DNA from: an uncultured Clostridia bacterium
GTDB lineage: Bacteria > Bacillota > Clostridia > Christensenellales > CAG-917
NCBI GenBank assembly: GCA_934277645.1
Contig: CAKQUX010000001.1
Span: forward strand, 386,110-450,109
Direction of reading: 5' to 3'
Length of the DNA stretch: 64,000 bases
Shown: one piece after another, positions 36,790 through 50,200 of the stretch
How the letters are laid out: every line of letters begins with the position of its first letter
Numbering within the stretch: the stretch's first letter is position 1
Translations under genes and position numbers: made by a program
The notes under the pieces: generated by a model
What the model was told of the DNA's origin: nothing
The model's input: only the letters and a program-made list of their open reading frames with translations
The model's database searches: none

Positions 36790-37806
36790 CTACAAAAATT
36801 TGGTCATTAGCATAAGCACGGGAATAGTCACGACGCAGAAAAGCGTTGACAAAAGTATAGTGTTTGCCGCCACTTTTTTGTTGCCGTTGAATATCTCCGA
36901 AAGGTTAAGATTGACGGAAGCGCAAGGCATTGCCGACAAAATGAACAGAGTGATTTTTAAAGTTCTGTCAATCGGCAAGAAATAGCAAACCGTGAACATA
37001 ACGAGCGGAAGAACGACTATTTTCGTGAGCGCGCTTATATAGACGTAGCCGTTCGTAAAAAGCTCTTTAAACGGCGCCGCGCCGAAACGCATTCCGAGAA
37101 TGAGCATACACATAGGCGTTGTCATATCCGCAAGAAGACCTATGCCCTTCATAGCCGCGGCAGGCAATTTTACACCGGTGAAGAACAGCGGAAGCGCAAT
37201 CACAAGCGTAAGCGTCGGCGGATTCAAAATCGCACGCTTTATCGAAACGTACTTCCTGTCGCCCGTGATGATATATGCGCCGACGGTCCAGCAAAGCAAA
37301 TTCATCGCCACGATAAACACGGCGGTGTAAGTTATAGCTTCGGGATAAGACGGCAAAAGCGCTTTGACAACGGGGATGCCCAAAAAGCCGACGTTCCCGA
37401 AAACCGAACAAGTCGTAAGCACTCTCATTCCCTTGCCTTTCATAACTTTTTCTTCGCTGTTTGAAAAAGCAAAATCCTCGACGTTCGTTTGCAAAAATCC
37501 GCTCACCTTTTTAGGTGCAAGACGATTGTAACTTTTAAAATAAAACAAAACGAGCACGGCAATCAAAAAGAGTTGCACTCCAAACGACAAAGCCACGGCA
37601 ATGCCGAGATTTTTTAAAATGGATGGCGTATAAGCCGTACTCAAAAAAGAGTTGAACGTCAAAAACGGTTGATTGACGTAAAGCAAAACCTTTGCGAAAT
37701 ATTTAATCGCGTCTTGCTTGACAACCTTCGCTTTTATTAAGATATAACCGGGAATTGCCATTACGACAAGCAATAAAACGTTTACGGCAGTAAGTCCGAA
37801 ATCCAT
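36790..37806 (-). CDS. AEC (auxin efflux carrier) family membrane transporter
   Basis: This polytopic protein has ~10 TM segments. The start is set at the ATG at 37806 (MDFGLTAVNVLLLVVMAIPGYILIK), preceded by AGGAG. The listed ORF adds 35 unsupported codons. Confidence 0.75.
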   Translation of the reverse strand: MDFGLTAVNVLLLVVMAIPGYILIKAKVVKQDAIKYFAKVLLYVNQPFLTFNSFLSTAYTPSILKNLGIAVALSFGVQLFLIAVLVLFYFKSYNRLAPKKVSGFLQTNVEDFAFSNSEEKVMKGKGMRVLTTCSVFGNVGFLGIPVVKALLPSYPEAITYTAVFIVAMNLLCWTVGAYIITGDRKYVSIKRAILNPPTLTLVIALPLFFTGVKLPAAAMKGIGLLADMTTPMCMLILGMRFGAAPFKELFTNGYVYISALTKIVVLPLVMFTVCYFLPIDRTLKITLFILSAMPCASVNLNLSEIFNGNKKVAANTILLSTLFCVVTIPVLMLMTKFL

Positions 37807-37895
37807 ATCTTGTTTACACTCTCCTTTTGTATAGACATATCTGCAACCATGCATTTGCGACAAAGTCGTATGCGCAAATAAATATCTTTGCAAAC

Positions 37896-37924
37896 ATTTT
37901 AATATTTGCAAAGTTTACTGTCAA
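37896..37924 (-). promoter_or_regulatory. Near-consensus sigma-A promoter of the AEC transporter gene, bracketed by TTTGCAAA palindromes
   Basis: On the minus strand, TTGACA (37924..37919) is followed by a 17-nt spacer and TAAAAT (37901..37896). The palindrome TTTGCAAA occurs at 37887..37894 and 37905..37912. Confidence 0.55.
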
Positions 37925-38228
37925 CGATTTTTTTATTGTTAAACAGCCTATCGTATATCTTTTTAGTTATTGCTTTTTCGTAAGCGTCTTTATGTTTTAA
38001 ACGATTATAAAGTTCAAAATTATAACCAATTATTGCGCACAGAATTATCAGTCTAAAACGGCTATAAAGCTAAAAGGTTATTAAAATAAACTCTTATCAA
38101 ATCAAAAACACGTTAAACTAAAACTATTATGCCAATCGGTTATTAACCTGAAAATTTGTTACGGCAAAAATTATTAAAATAAAAATCGTTATAGTAAAAC
38201 GCCGAAACAAATAAACCGGCTAAAAGAA

Positions 38229-38260
38229 AAAGCCTATCGCTCTTGCGATAGGCTTTTTGC
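38229..38260 (-). terminator. Rho-independent terminator of the giant gene
   Basis: On the minus strand a 10-bp stem (agcctatcgc-aaga-gcgataggct) is followed by TTTTTCTTTT, ~28 nt after the TAA at 38290..38288. Confidence 0.8.
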
Positions 38261-38287
38261 TTACTCGGTTGCCGTTTGGCAATCGAT

Positions 38288-41200
38288 TTAGTTGTTGCTT
38301 GTGACGGTGATATAGCTTGTGCTAAGTCCGTTGTTCGAGCCGTTGCCGTAACCGTTAGGAATTTCGGCGCCGGCTTTAAGAACTACTCTGCCGTTGACTT
38401 TGTAGTCGCTTGTAAGCACTCTTGTAGTAAGGACTCTGCCACTCTTATCTACCATTACGCCGAATATCGGTTGCAAGTAGTAAACGACTTTTCTGTTGCC
38501 CGAGAACTTAGGCAAGTAGTACTTCTCGTCTGCCGCAGAAATCGAAACGTTGTAGGTTGCAACTACTTGGTTTCCTGCCTTGTTGTAAACTTGGGCATAT
38601 CCGACGTATGCAACAGGCTTTCCGCTGTACTGAGTCAAGACGTAAGTCTTCGAGTTGGACGTTCCGCTAAGAGACGTACTTGTGGTCATAGTCGTTGTCC
38701 AAGCCGCAAGTTTTACGTCAACCGTAACACGTTGTTGCGAGCCGACTTTAATCGAAGCTAAGTAGCCCGTCTTTGCTGTCGATACAAACTCATACTTGAA
38801 GCTCGAAGGCATTGAGGTTTGTACGTAGTTGTACGACTTGCTTGTTGACGCTGCTGTTCCGAAGCTCGTTCCGTCATATTTTTGTTGCGCGAACGTTACG
38901 GTGTAACTTGTAGGCAACGTGTAGCTGTTTACGCTGAACGGAGTTACCGTGAATGCGGTAGCCGCCTTGCCCGTTGTCGTATTTACGTTCGTCGTATAGT
39001 TCGTGCTTGCAAGTTTTGAAATCATCATCTTGTAAACGTAGTACTTAATTTTGATTTCTTGTTTCAAGCCGCTCGGAACGGTAAGTTGAGCCGTGATTTG
39101 CGTTTCGCCGCCAACGTATGACGGATAGAATGCCGAGTAGTCCCAAACAAGTTTGTAAGTACTGCTGCTTTCCGTGAACGTTTGAGCTACGCCGTTCGAT
39201 ATCGTGTAAAGCGATGTCGGCATCGTAGGTCTTGTGTAATTATACGGGTCAATGTTTGAAATCGTTCCCGTGTATTTCGTGAAGCTGTCATACGATTGCG
39301 CTCCCGCAAAACCTGTTTGCGACTTAATCGACGAGTTGTTGTCCATATTGAACGTAATCGTTCTGTCGATATAGTCGACGATTTGCGTTACGTTAAGTTC
39401 TTTGAGTTCGAACTTATACTTGCTTACGTCGTATTCGTTGCTTGAGCCGATGACGACCTTAGTGTGTCCTTCGCCACCCGTCATATCGATTTCAAGGTTG
39501 TTGAAGTTCCATGCGATGCTTACTTCTTGAGTCCATTCGTTTGTGCCGTCCGTAAACTTAGCCGTGACTGCATTCGGGAAGTACTTGTCCGCATTGGTCG
39601 TTGTGTACTTTTCGTCTTTCCACGGGTCGAACTTAGCGCCGCTTCCTATGCCGACAGAAGACTTAAACACGTTGTTTGCCGTGGCGTCGGTCTTCGCAAA
39701 TTTTGCCGTACTCCAATCGAAATTCACGAAAGTCGATTGAACAATCTTGACAGGTGTGCGATAGCTTGCTGCGATCTTGTCGTTTCCGAATTTGACTTTT
39801 GCGTAAGTCGTTCCGCCGACAGCCGAGTAGCTAACGTCGCTAAGATCCCATTCCGTTACGTCAAGGTTGAACGCAACGTTGTAAACGTAGATATAATCGA
39901 AGTTACCGCTTCCACTGCTTTCATAACGACGAGTGATAGGGTCGATTCTATAAAGGATTGCGTCACTAGGTACGGTTGCCGTTGTGATTTTTGTTTCGCC
40001 CGACGTTGTGAGCGTCTTATATCCTATATAGTTTGCAACGTAGTTTGTTTTGATCCATTGACCGTCAAGGTAAGCGGTTATGCCGTTTGCATAATAAGTA
40101 TACTTGCCATCGACGTCCCTGCTATCGACAAACGGGTTGTAAACAGTCTTTTGCGAGCCGTTCATCGTGATAGCCGTGCCGCTTGTCGTAGCGTATGGAT
40201 AGAACTCATAGTTATAGTTCGTGTCGAGCGACTTCGAAGCTACGTCAGAGTTAAATCTCGTAAGATTAAAGCTCTTTATAGCGAGGTCAAGGTCAAACTC
40301 GTCAACGATAATCACGCTGTTTTCGTCATACTTGAATTCACCGTTATAAATGTTATTTTCGACGCTTCCGATGACGATAGACGCTTTAATCGTAGCCTTT
40401 GTCGTGGTCAAGCCGTCTGCCTTTTCAGGGACGTTACTCCAAACGATGTTGTACGTCATAATCTGTCCGTCCGAGAACGTAACTTTGACCGTCGTCGGGA
40501 ATACGTCTGTCGAGTACGTATACGGGTTTCTGAATTCGAGCTTCGAAATTTGGTTCGTCTTGTTGTCGTACGTTACAGTCATCATTTGGTCGAGAACCGC
40601 ATCGTCCATAAAGATATATTGTTTGCTCGTTCTGTACTCGTAGTATTTAAGTTGATCGTACTTGCCGTCGGTGATAAGTCTGATTTCGGCAATCGTTCTG
40701 TTGATCAAGTAAACAGGAATTCTGACTTCCAAAACCGCGCCCGATTCTGCCGTAAGCGTGACCATATTATCAGGCCATTCGAAGCCTTCGCGGCTTGTCT
40801 TGACGGTTTTGAGAATGTTTGCCTTGTTCGTCCAGTTTGCGTTGAAATTGACTTTTCTGTCCGCAATTTTTTGTACGTCAAACGCAACTTTGCCTTCACC
40901 GTTTACATAGCTCTTGACTTCTTCGTTTGCGATAAGAACGTCAAGGTTTTCCTTGAATGCGTCTTCCGAGATACCGCGATACGGGTCGAAGATGAGCGAA
41001 CGGTCGGTTACGTTTGCGACTTTCTTAACCGAGCGGTCAAGGAAGTAAACTTTAATCGTCTTTTCAATCACGCATTGCTCGCTTTGAATCTTAACGACGA
41101 TTTCTTGCGAAGTTCCGAAATACTTGTTCGGAGCGGTGAGAACGTCGCTCGGAAGTTGATAGCTAAGCGTTGCCAAGACGTCCATAGTGATTGCGCCCTC

Positions 41201-44200
41201 GCCTTCACCGATAGTTACGTTCTTTTCGTCAACTACAAAGTTGTTATCAAAGAGCTTTTTGACAAATCCTTGCGTGACTTCGTCTGGTGTTATGTCGTAA
41301 ATTCCAAGCACGTCGTAAACGTATGCTTCGTCGATATATTTCTTGAATGCTTCTTCAAGAATTTGCGCCTTGTCTACGCTTTCGATTGTAAGCGAGCTAG
41401 GTATATCGGTGAATACGAGTTCGCCGTCTTCCTTTGCATAACCATAACTTATAAAGTCTTCGCCAAAGCTGTTTTCGGTCGTGAAGCCGTTAAACGAAAG
41501 TCTGATCCAAGCATTTATCTCGCCACGGTTTTCAATTCCGTTTTCGTCGTATGCGACTTTATCCTTAGCGTTTGCTTTAAGCCACTCCACAGTTACGTTG
41601 TCAATCGTCTTATTTCCGCTTGCCGTCTTGACTACGACCGATGCCGTTGTAGGCAAGCCTTTGAAGAAGTCGGCAGCTTTAAGCGTGTAAGTTCCGCCAA
41701 AGTCTTGACCGCCGAGTTTGACGATTTCAAAATCGTAATAATATACGAAGTTGATGCTCTTTTCGATGCCTGCCATCGTAGCTTTGCGTGTGAACGGATA
41801 GCCCTTCGAGCTGTCATAGTCCGCTCCGCCGTTTGCTCTGATGTAGGCAATGATTTCGTCGGCGGTAGGCGCGCTGAGTCTGTCCCAAGTTACAGGAACG
41901 TTTTCATACGTAGCGCCGTTTTCGCCATTGACTTTGATTGTTCCCTTATTAGGAAGTTCGAACTTGCCGAACGCCATAAATTGATAGGTCTTTGCCGCCG
42001 CGGTTTGAGCTTCGGCAGATACCAAAGCCTCTCCGCTTGCTTCGCCGCCGTTTAAATCGGTTTCGAACGCAAGGTCGAAGTCAAAGTCAACGTCCTCGCC
42101 GTTCTTGTCGACGTTTTCAAGAATAATCTTGATTGTGAGCGTTTGTTCAAGAGCTGTTCCGCTATAGAGGGTAACCAATCTTTCAACGTACTTCGTTCCG
42201 TCCTCGGCAGTGAGATATTCTTCCGCCTTAGGGCTTGTTTCGGTGTTGAACTTGAAGTCTGCTACTTCATATTGGTTTCCACGGCAAACTGCAAATGCCA
42301 TGGTTGGAACGGTGAAGTTCGAAAGCACGTCATAGCGATATTCATATTCACCCGTTTCGGCGTTTTCGGTTACTTTAACAGAGCCGTCTGCAAATCTAAG
42401 AGCCGATACTTCGTAAGGCGTTACGCCAAGCGTCAAGTCAAACTCTCTGTTTCCGACAGTGACTCCGATTGTGACCTTATCGGACTTGAAGTTGGTGATA
42501 AATTCACCCTTCTTGTTCTTACCGACAAGGTTGTCAATGTTAAAGTGTCTGACGTATGCAGGAATTTCGGTTGTAACGACTCCGCCGACAAGAACCTCTT
42601 TGTTAAGTTTGACGGTTACTTTTCTGTCGGTATTGCCCCAATATCCGTTGTCAGCCGCTTCGCCGAAGATTGCGTCGAATGCGCTCTTGTAATCTTTATC
42701 GGTGTAATAACGATAGATATCAATCGTATTGCCGATAGCTTCGAATGCGCTGTTAAACGTGATGGCGTTGTTGCCAAGCGTTTCGAGTCCGTATTCGGTT
42801 GCGTTGATAGTAATCTTAATAGCTTGCGAAGTACCCTTATAGCTTGCAATCGGAGTAATTCCGTCTGCGCCCATAACGACTTGATACTTGCCGTCGACTA
42901 ATTCGACTTTGTCAGCTCTGACTTTTGCATAGAACGTGCCGCCCTTGAAGATATTGTCAACTTTCTTCGTGCAAGCCGAGTCGCTGTAAAGTTGCATGTT
43001 GTCCCAATCAAGGCTCATCTTGTGCGTTACGTTGCCCGCAAACGATACGTCAATGACTTTCAAAGCATCGTTTGTAAACCAGTCAGGATTGAGGCTATCC
43101 TCGACCGCAATCGCCGTTCCCTTTGCCGCCATCTTCTTGACGGTTATCGGAAGCGAAACGTTTTGGAATCCGTAGTTCTTTGTTCCGAGCGTTACGCCGA
43201 GTTTAAGTTTGCCCGAACCGGTGTAGCCCATATAGGTCAATTCTTCTGCATTTACGCTTGGAATGTTGTACTTCATATCTTGACCGAGCGTATAGGTTAT
43301 GCTCTTTGTAGAGTTGCCCTTATCCATAGTAGCCGAAAGCGTATTTCCGATTGCGGCTTCATCGATAGTTGCATACTTGTACGGGTCAATTTGAACGTCC
43401 GCTTTTCCGAATTTCTCGAATGCGGTAGGAGCGACCTTAATTCTGAATTTAAGCGCTTGATATACCCAGTAGCCGTCAACGCCGTTTACGGTGCCTGCGA
43501 CGTATTTCGTCGTAGCCGTGTCGGTCGGATAGCCGCTGAAGTATTCGCTTGCGAAGAAGGTCTTGCTGTTTCCGCCTCCGACGTAACCCGTAACGATGAC
43601 GTCAATGCCCTTGAAGTAATTCCAGCACTTGTTCGTTTGATCGTAAAGCGCGTCGATTGCGTCTTTAAGAGGTTTAAGTCCCGAGCAATCGTCTTGTCCG
43701 CCAAGACTCCAGCTAAGGTCAAGCTTGTAGCTTTCAACGTCTTGTTCGACGCCGTCGATTTCGTAAGGCGCATAGTTACCTTCGAGTCTGTTCATAGACT
43801 TGATGTATGCGTACAAGTCGAACGCATAGTTTGTGTAATTTTCTGCCGTTACTTTTGAAACGTCTACAAACGAGCTGCCTTGTCCGTCCGTAACCAAGAA
43901 CTTGTTCGTGCCGTTCACGAAGCCGCCCTTCTTTACGTCGTAGCTTACAAGTTTTGCGCTGTCAAAGCCTTGCAACGTATCGACGGAGTAATCGAGAGCG
44001 CCGCTGCTGTTTGCATAAGCAAACTTAGTGACGTTGCCGACCTTGTAGTTCTTAATCGGAATTTCAACCGATTCGGTGTAAGTTCCGCTAAGACCCCAGC
44101 TGAACGTATAGCTGACTTTGACCACGCCGCCTGCAAAGTCGTAAACGAAGTTCTTTTCGTTCCACGTTATCTTGCCGACAGGATAGTTTGCGGTAACTCC

Positions 44201-47200
44201 CGTGAACGTGTCTTTTCCGCTTGCGCTTGTAGCAACCGTGCCCGTAAAGCCGAATGCCGTCTTCAAATACTTAGCGTATTCGACGTAAGCGGCTCTTCCT
44301 GCCGTGCCGTATTCCGCATAGTCCGCATAGTGCGTGCTGAACGTATACGCGCTGCCGTTTTCAAACGTAATTTGAACGTTTTCAGGAAGCGTTACGTTGA
44401 ACGCTGCGTTGCTGACAGCCGTGCCTTTCGAGGTGTCGTTTGCCTTCATATCGATGACAAGGTCTTTTGTCAAAATCTTGCCACTCTTATACGTAAGTCC
44501 CGAAATCGACGATACCGAGTAGCTGTTTGTCGTGTAAACAGGTACGACGTATACGACTTTGTTCATAACGTAGCCGTAGACGTAGCCGATAAGTCTTTCC
44601 GTCTTGCTGTGCGATGTCGTAAGGTCAACGCTCGACGCGTCCCAAACGATTGCAACGCCGCCGTTTTCGTCATAGCCCGACTTGCCTGTGTATTCGTCCT
44701 TCGTGCCGTCGCTGAAATATGCGTTAGCAATTTGTGGGAAGAGTTTTTCGTCGGTGAAATACTCTGCCGTAAGGAATATCGATTTCTTGGCCGAGCCGTA
44801 AATTGCTTGTGCTTCTCTTGTAGACGGGTCAAGAAGGTTAATTCTTGACGGAACGCTTGCTTGTCCGCTAGGAATCGAAACCGTTTCGACTTCGCAGAGC
44901 GAAAGAAGGTTGTCGCTTGCCGTCGTAGGTTGAATTATAAGTTGCAAGTAGTTCGAGCCGTTGCTTGTCGTCGTCGATCTCGACGCGTCGATGTAAAGTT
45001 CAATTGCCTTGATGCCGCCGTCAACGCCCGTTCCCGTGTTAGTGAGCGAGTCAATGTAGATGAGAGCTTTTGCCGAGCTGTTTGCATAAGGAAGCGGAAG
45101 CAACGAATCGAGCAAGTAGCTGATTTCTTTAATCTCAGTATGTGCTGCCGCGCAAATGTTGCCGGCGACGCCGCCCATATCCGAAATAAGCCAAGGCATG
45201 AATGCGGCAGGCATTGCGTTTGCATAAGGCTCGACTATGTTTCTTCTCGCCGTCGAGCTTGAGGCGTTTTCGACTGCCGTAAGCAACGCCTTTGTGGTCG
45301 TGTACTTGTTTCCGCCGCTTCTATAATCATTCATACGACTGACAAAGTCGTCGTTGTTGATCATCGAAACTATCATATAGAAGAGATAGCTGAGAAGATC
45401 GTTGAACGTGTCTTTATCGAAGTTGATTTCAACCGTCGAATATCTGAGGCTGTTGCCCGACGCGCTGAACTTGCTTCCGTACGGTGACCAGCTTACTTTG
45501 TTCGTGCCGAAAAGTTGAACGTTAAGGCTCTTGATAACGTTGTTGATTTTCGGCATCCATTGATATTCTTTCTCTTCATCCTTGTCGTTTGTCGAATAAA
45601 TTTCGCCGAACTTTCCGTTTGAAGGATAGTTGAAGTAATCGTTGTTACCTTTAAGTATATCCGTTATGGTGAATATCTTGCCCGTAGACTTGTCGCCGAT
45701 GTAGCTTCCGAGGTTCAACGGGTCAAATATTCCGACGATTGCGCCTGCAAGTCCACCGAAGTTGCTTGCAATACCTGTGAGAGCTACGTTGCCGTTAAAG
45801 ATATAACCTTCAAGAGAATAATTGCTGCTTCTCATAGGGTGCTTTGCGCTGATTGCAAGTTTCAATCTGTCAAGCGTTGCGCTCTTGTCAATCGACTTGC
45901 TACCCTTTGTCATGGTGATCGAAACGGTGCTTCCGGCTTTATCGCTCTTGCCGCCTGCGCCCCAACCCGAGAACAGGTTGACGTTTGTAACGACTCGGCT
46001 ATCAGAAGTCTTTTTGCTGTAAACGATGCTGAGCGTCGGATCCATGCTGTCGATAAGTTGTTGAACGATGCCGCCGACCGAAAGCGTACCCATATCGAGC
46101 GCTCCATAACCCGTCTTCAATTCGTTTACAAGATTTTCGACGTCGATAAGTCCTGCCTTTTCGCCGAACTTAACGCTGATTCCGCTGATGTTTGCGCCGA
46201 TGTTTGTTCCCTTGTTGTCAAGAGCCATTTCAAAGGTCGCCGATTCAAGTCCGTTGTCAAAGTTGACCGAAATCGCGATATCGCCGAACGGAGGATTTCC
46301 TGCCGTTCCGAAATCGACGTTAAGCATATCGAAGATACGCTCAATGAACGACGAGTTGAAGTTGATACCGATGCTCGTTTCTTCCAAAAGAAGTTCACCG
46401 GAAACAACCCCCATATCGATTGCGCCCGTGGCTTGCGTTTTAGCTTCGTCGGTGGTTTCGGCATAGCCTGAGCTTTGCGCTTCGACTTTTCCGCTGTTTC
46501 CGCCAAGAAGTCCGACAAGACCCGAAAGTTTGACTTTGCCCAAACCGAATGCGGTAAGGTCGATATAGAATGCGTCGTTAAACAAACCTGTCTTGCTGTT
46601 GATAATGTCTCTGTTTGTATCCGCTCCGCTGCCCGCGCTACCGCTGAGTTTCGAAGAACCTAAGTAGTAAAGACTGAGGAATTGGCTGTTGAGCGGTTCG
46701 CCAAATCTTACGTCGATCTTCATATCGCTGTAAACGATGCCACCCATATTAAGTGTGCCTGCCGACGTAAACATTGCCGCAAGATTGATATCGAGCTCTG
46801 CGTCCATAATGAGCGAGAGAATGCTTGGCAAGTAGAAGTTGAAGCTGCCGAGCTTGTTCATATCGGAATCGAGCAATTTGCCGAGAGTGTTTCTTACAAA
46901 CTTGCCGAGCCAGTTTGCAAACGTGCCCTCTTCGTTGGAGGTGTTAGAAGTGATTGTCACTTCGCCCGACAATTTAAGGCTGAGCTTTTCGACCATAAGT
47001 TTCTTATTGCCTATGTCGAACACTACTGTGTATTGGTCAAGTTCCGACTTATTAGGCAGTTTGCCCGTGCCTTTTGCCAAATTTGCGTTTGCGACGGTTC
47101 CGTCATCATTGAATTGATATGCGACTTTTGCACCCGTATCGACTTTAAGGTCGTCGATATCTATCGACGCATAGAAGCTATCGTTCATTTTTGCAAGGAT

Positions 47201-50200
47201 AGTCGTCGTAAGCGAAGTGTCGCCTTCGTTTGCCGAGTTGTGAACGGTTGCAAGTTTGAGCATAAATTCTGCCGCTGCGGAGCTACTGAATATTTCCTTC
47301 TCTTCCTTGCCGTCCGCTCTACGATAGAAGTTTACGATTTCGTTGATTGCCGCCGTGTTGATTGCAACGCCCAAGTATTCAGGCTTGAACATAATGAGCG
47401 CGTATGCAAGTTGGTGCATCGTAAGTCCTGCCGCTTCGCTAAGCGATGAGGTCGATGCTTCCGAACTATTGAGCAATCCGCCAAGCAATCCGTTAAGCAT
47501 TGTCGCTACGTCAAAGTTAGAGATCGCAATTCTTCCGTCATTGCCGAGCAAGAAGTAAGCGTCAAGATAAATCGTGTGTCCTTGATACTCGCCGTTTGCA
47601 TTAAACGAAGGAGCGACGTAAAGCGACAAGAAGCGTTCGCTTACGCCTGTATCCTTATTCTTCTTGTTAAGAGTAAGAACGGCTTCCATCGTTTCAGGAT
47701 GTTTAAGGTCTAAGTAGACGTACATTCCGATCGTAAATTCCATATCCATATCGTTTTTGATACGAACGGTTACGTTGGTGTTTGCAAGCGAACTATCATC
47801 GCCGAAGACAAGTCCTGCAAGACCGCTAAGGTCAACGATGTTTGAAAGTCCCTTGTCGTCGAGAGCCGCAGCGTGGAAGGAAATTCCGCCTTCGAACGTG
47901 AGGTTAAGCTCCATATCTTTAAGGGCGTTGAAGTTCGTCGTCGCCATAAAGACGTAGTTGCTACCTTCAGGGTGCGTTTCGTTTGCGCCCAAGGTTTCGC
48001 CGTCGGTGTAGATTCTCGTTGCAACGTACGTAACGTCGTTTTCAACGTACGATACACTGGATTTCTCTATGTCATATTCGAGCTTAATGTTGTTAAGTCC
48101 GACCGCAAGGCTGAAATCTGACGGTTTGACGTATGCGCCTGTGCTGTCAAGTACTGCGATATAGAGCGTCTTAGCGGTGAAGTTTTCTGTGCCTGCAGTT
48201 GCGACAAACTTATCAATACCGCTATTAAATTGAGCTTCGGTCGTTTCCGAGTTCGGATATGCCGCCTTGAAATCGGCATACGTAGCATATTGGACGTAAA
48301 GTTTGCTAAGCGAGAAGTAATTGCCCGTATATGCGCTCTTATCCAAATCGGACGTTACGAGTCTGAACGTACCCGTTGCGGTTTGTTTGTTTCCTGCATT
48401 GTCATAGTAGTAAACAGTGCCGCCGTCGGTTGTATCGAGATAGTAGTTGCCGTGCTTGTCGTCTACGGTGAAGACGTAAAGCGTGCCGATCGTGTCTGAG
48501 GTTGCTTTTCCGAACAAGTTGTTCGTATAGCCGTAAACGCCTGCGTTTTCAAGGTCGCTTGCGTCGAACGCCGCAAAGCTGTAACGGTCGCCCTTCCACG
48601 TCGTATCCGATTCGCCGAGCCACATTTCTTTCGGCATATATTCTCTTCCGCCGGCAACGGCAAGCGAAAGGTCGATACCTACGCTGAATCCGTCGTTAAG
48701 GCTAAGCGTAATACCGCCGTCATCGATTTGCGGCAACTTAACCATATCTCTGAGAGTTTGGTTTTGAGTAAGGAAGCCAAGGAGCGAGTCGAACATAGTG
48801 CTCATAAAGTTGACTCTGACTTCGCCTTGCAATACTTGAATTTCCTTAAACATAACTTTAAGGACGTTGAGTATATCGCTTCCGAAGATACCTGCGCTGC
48901 CTTCTTCGCCGTCAACGAAAGTGCTTGCCGACGAAATAGCTTCGTCTGCGATAACTGCTTCTTTGTCGTTGTTGACGATACCGCTTATGTCAAGTCCTTC
49001 AAACTTAATCTTGTTGAACGCTTCGCCAAGTCCCATACGGCTTCCGAGGTCTTCAAAGTCGACGTAAAGCGAAATCTTTCCTTCTTCGTCGAAGAGAACG
49101 GTTACGTTTACGTTGATGTCTTGCGCCGCTCCGCCGTTTGTAGGGTCTTTATCGTAAGGCAACAAGTTGGAGTTGACCGTCATAATAAGGTTGATTTGCG
49201 CTCCGCCGAGTTTTTCGACAAACGTAAGTTTGTCATTCATAAACTTAGCAAGGTCAACGTAAGCCGAAAGAGTTGCCGTGAAGTAGGTGTTGTTGTCTTG
49301 ACCGATTTCCTCGATTTTTTCCGAAAGTGACTTGATGTAAGCCATAACTTCCGCATCGAGAAGCGCGCCGAACTCTTCGCTGAAGTTGATGATACCTGCA
49401 AGAACTTCAAGACTTACGTCAAGTTTTGCGCTGAGTTCCGCCTTACCCCAGTTGATGTCGAATGCGTCCGCAAATTGCATTTCGCCGCTGAAAATCTTAG
49501 CAAGGTCAACGCTTGCGATAAGTCTGAACTTGTTTCTGCATTCCTCATTCGTCATAAGGTCTTTTGCGTTGTCGCTGTTGTCGTCAAAGATGTTGACGCG
49601 AAGTTTACCGTCTTCGGTGAGATATTCCTTGCGGTACAAGTCACCCGTAAGTGATGTAATCGACTTAGCGTTTCCGTAATATCCCGCCTTGTTGCCGAAC
49701 ATCATGTGGCTATGCTTCGTGTCGATGCCGAACACCGAGAAGTTTACGTCAAGAATTTCGGTTTCGCCCGTCGTGTCGTAAATCTTGACTCCGAGGAAGG
49801 TCGAGCCTTCGCCCTTTGCGACCGACATTCCGACGTAAGGAACCATATTCGGAAGGTTTTCAAGCATATCCGCAATGGTTTCTTCGCCCGTAATTTCGGT
49901 GACAATCATTCCGATAAGTTTCGACGAAATCGAAGCGGTAATCATATCGAGAACAAAGTCGATATAGAAGCCTGCCTTGTCACGGTCTGCGCCTCGAATC
50001 GTTCCGTCTGCTTGTCCTGCTTCGTTGCCTTTAAGAAGGTTTGCAACGATAACTTCGACTGCGTCTGCTCCGAGATCTATCTTGAAGAAGCCGCCGTCTG
50101 CAAGGAAGAACGAAAGGTCAACGTATACGACGCCGTCGAGATAGTAAAGTCCGATAAATTGTTTGTCACGGCTGCCGTCGTCCTTTGTCGTCCAGATGTC

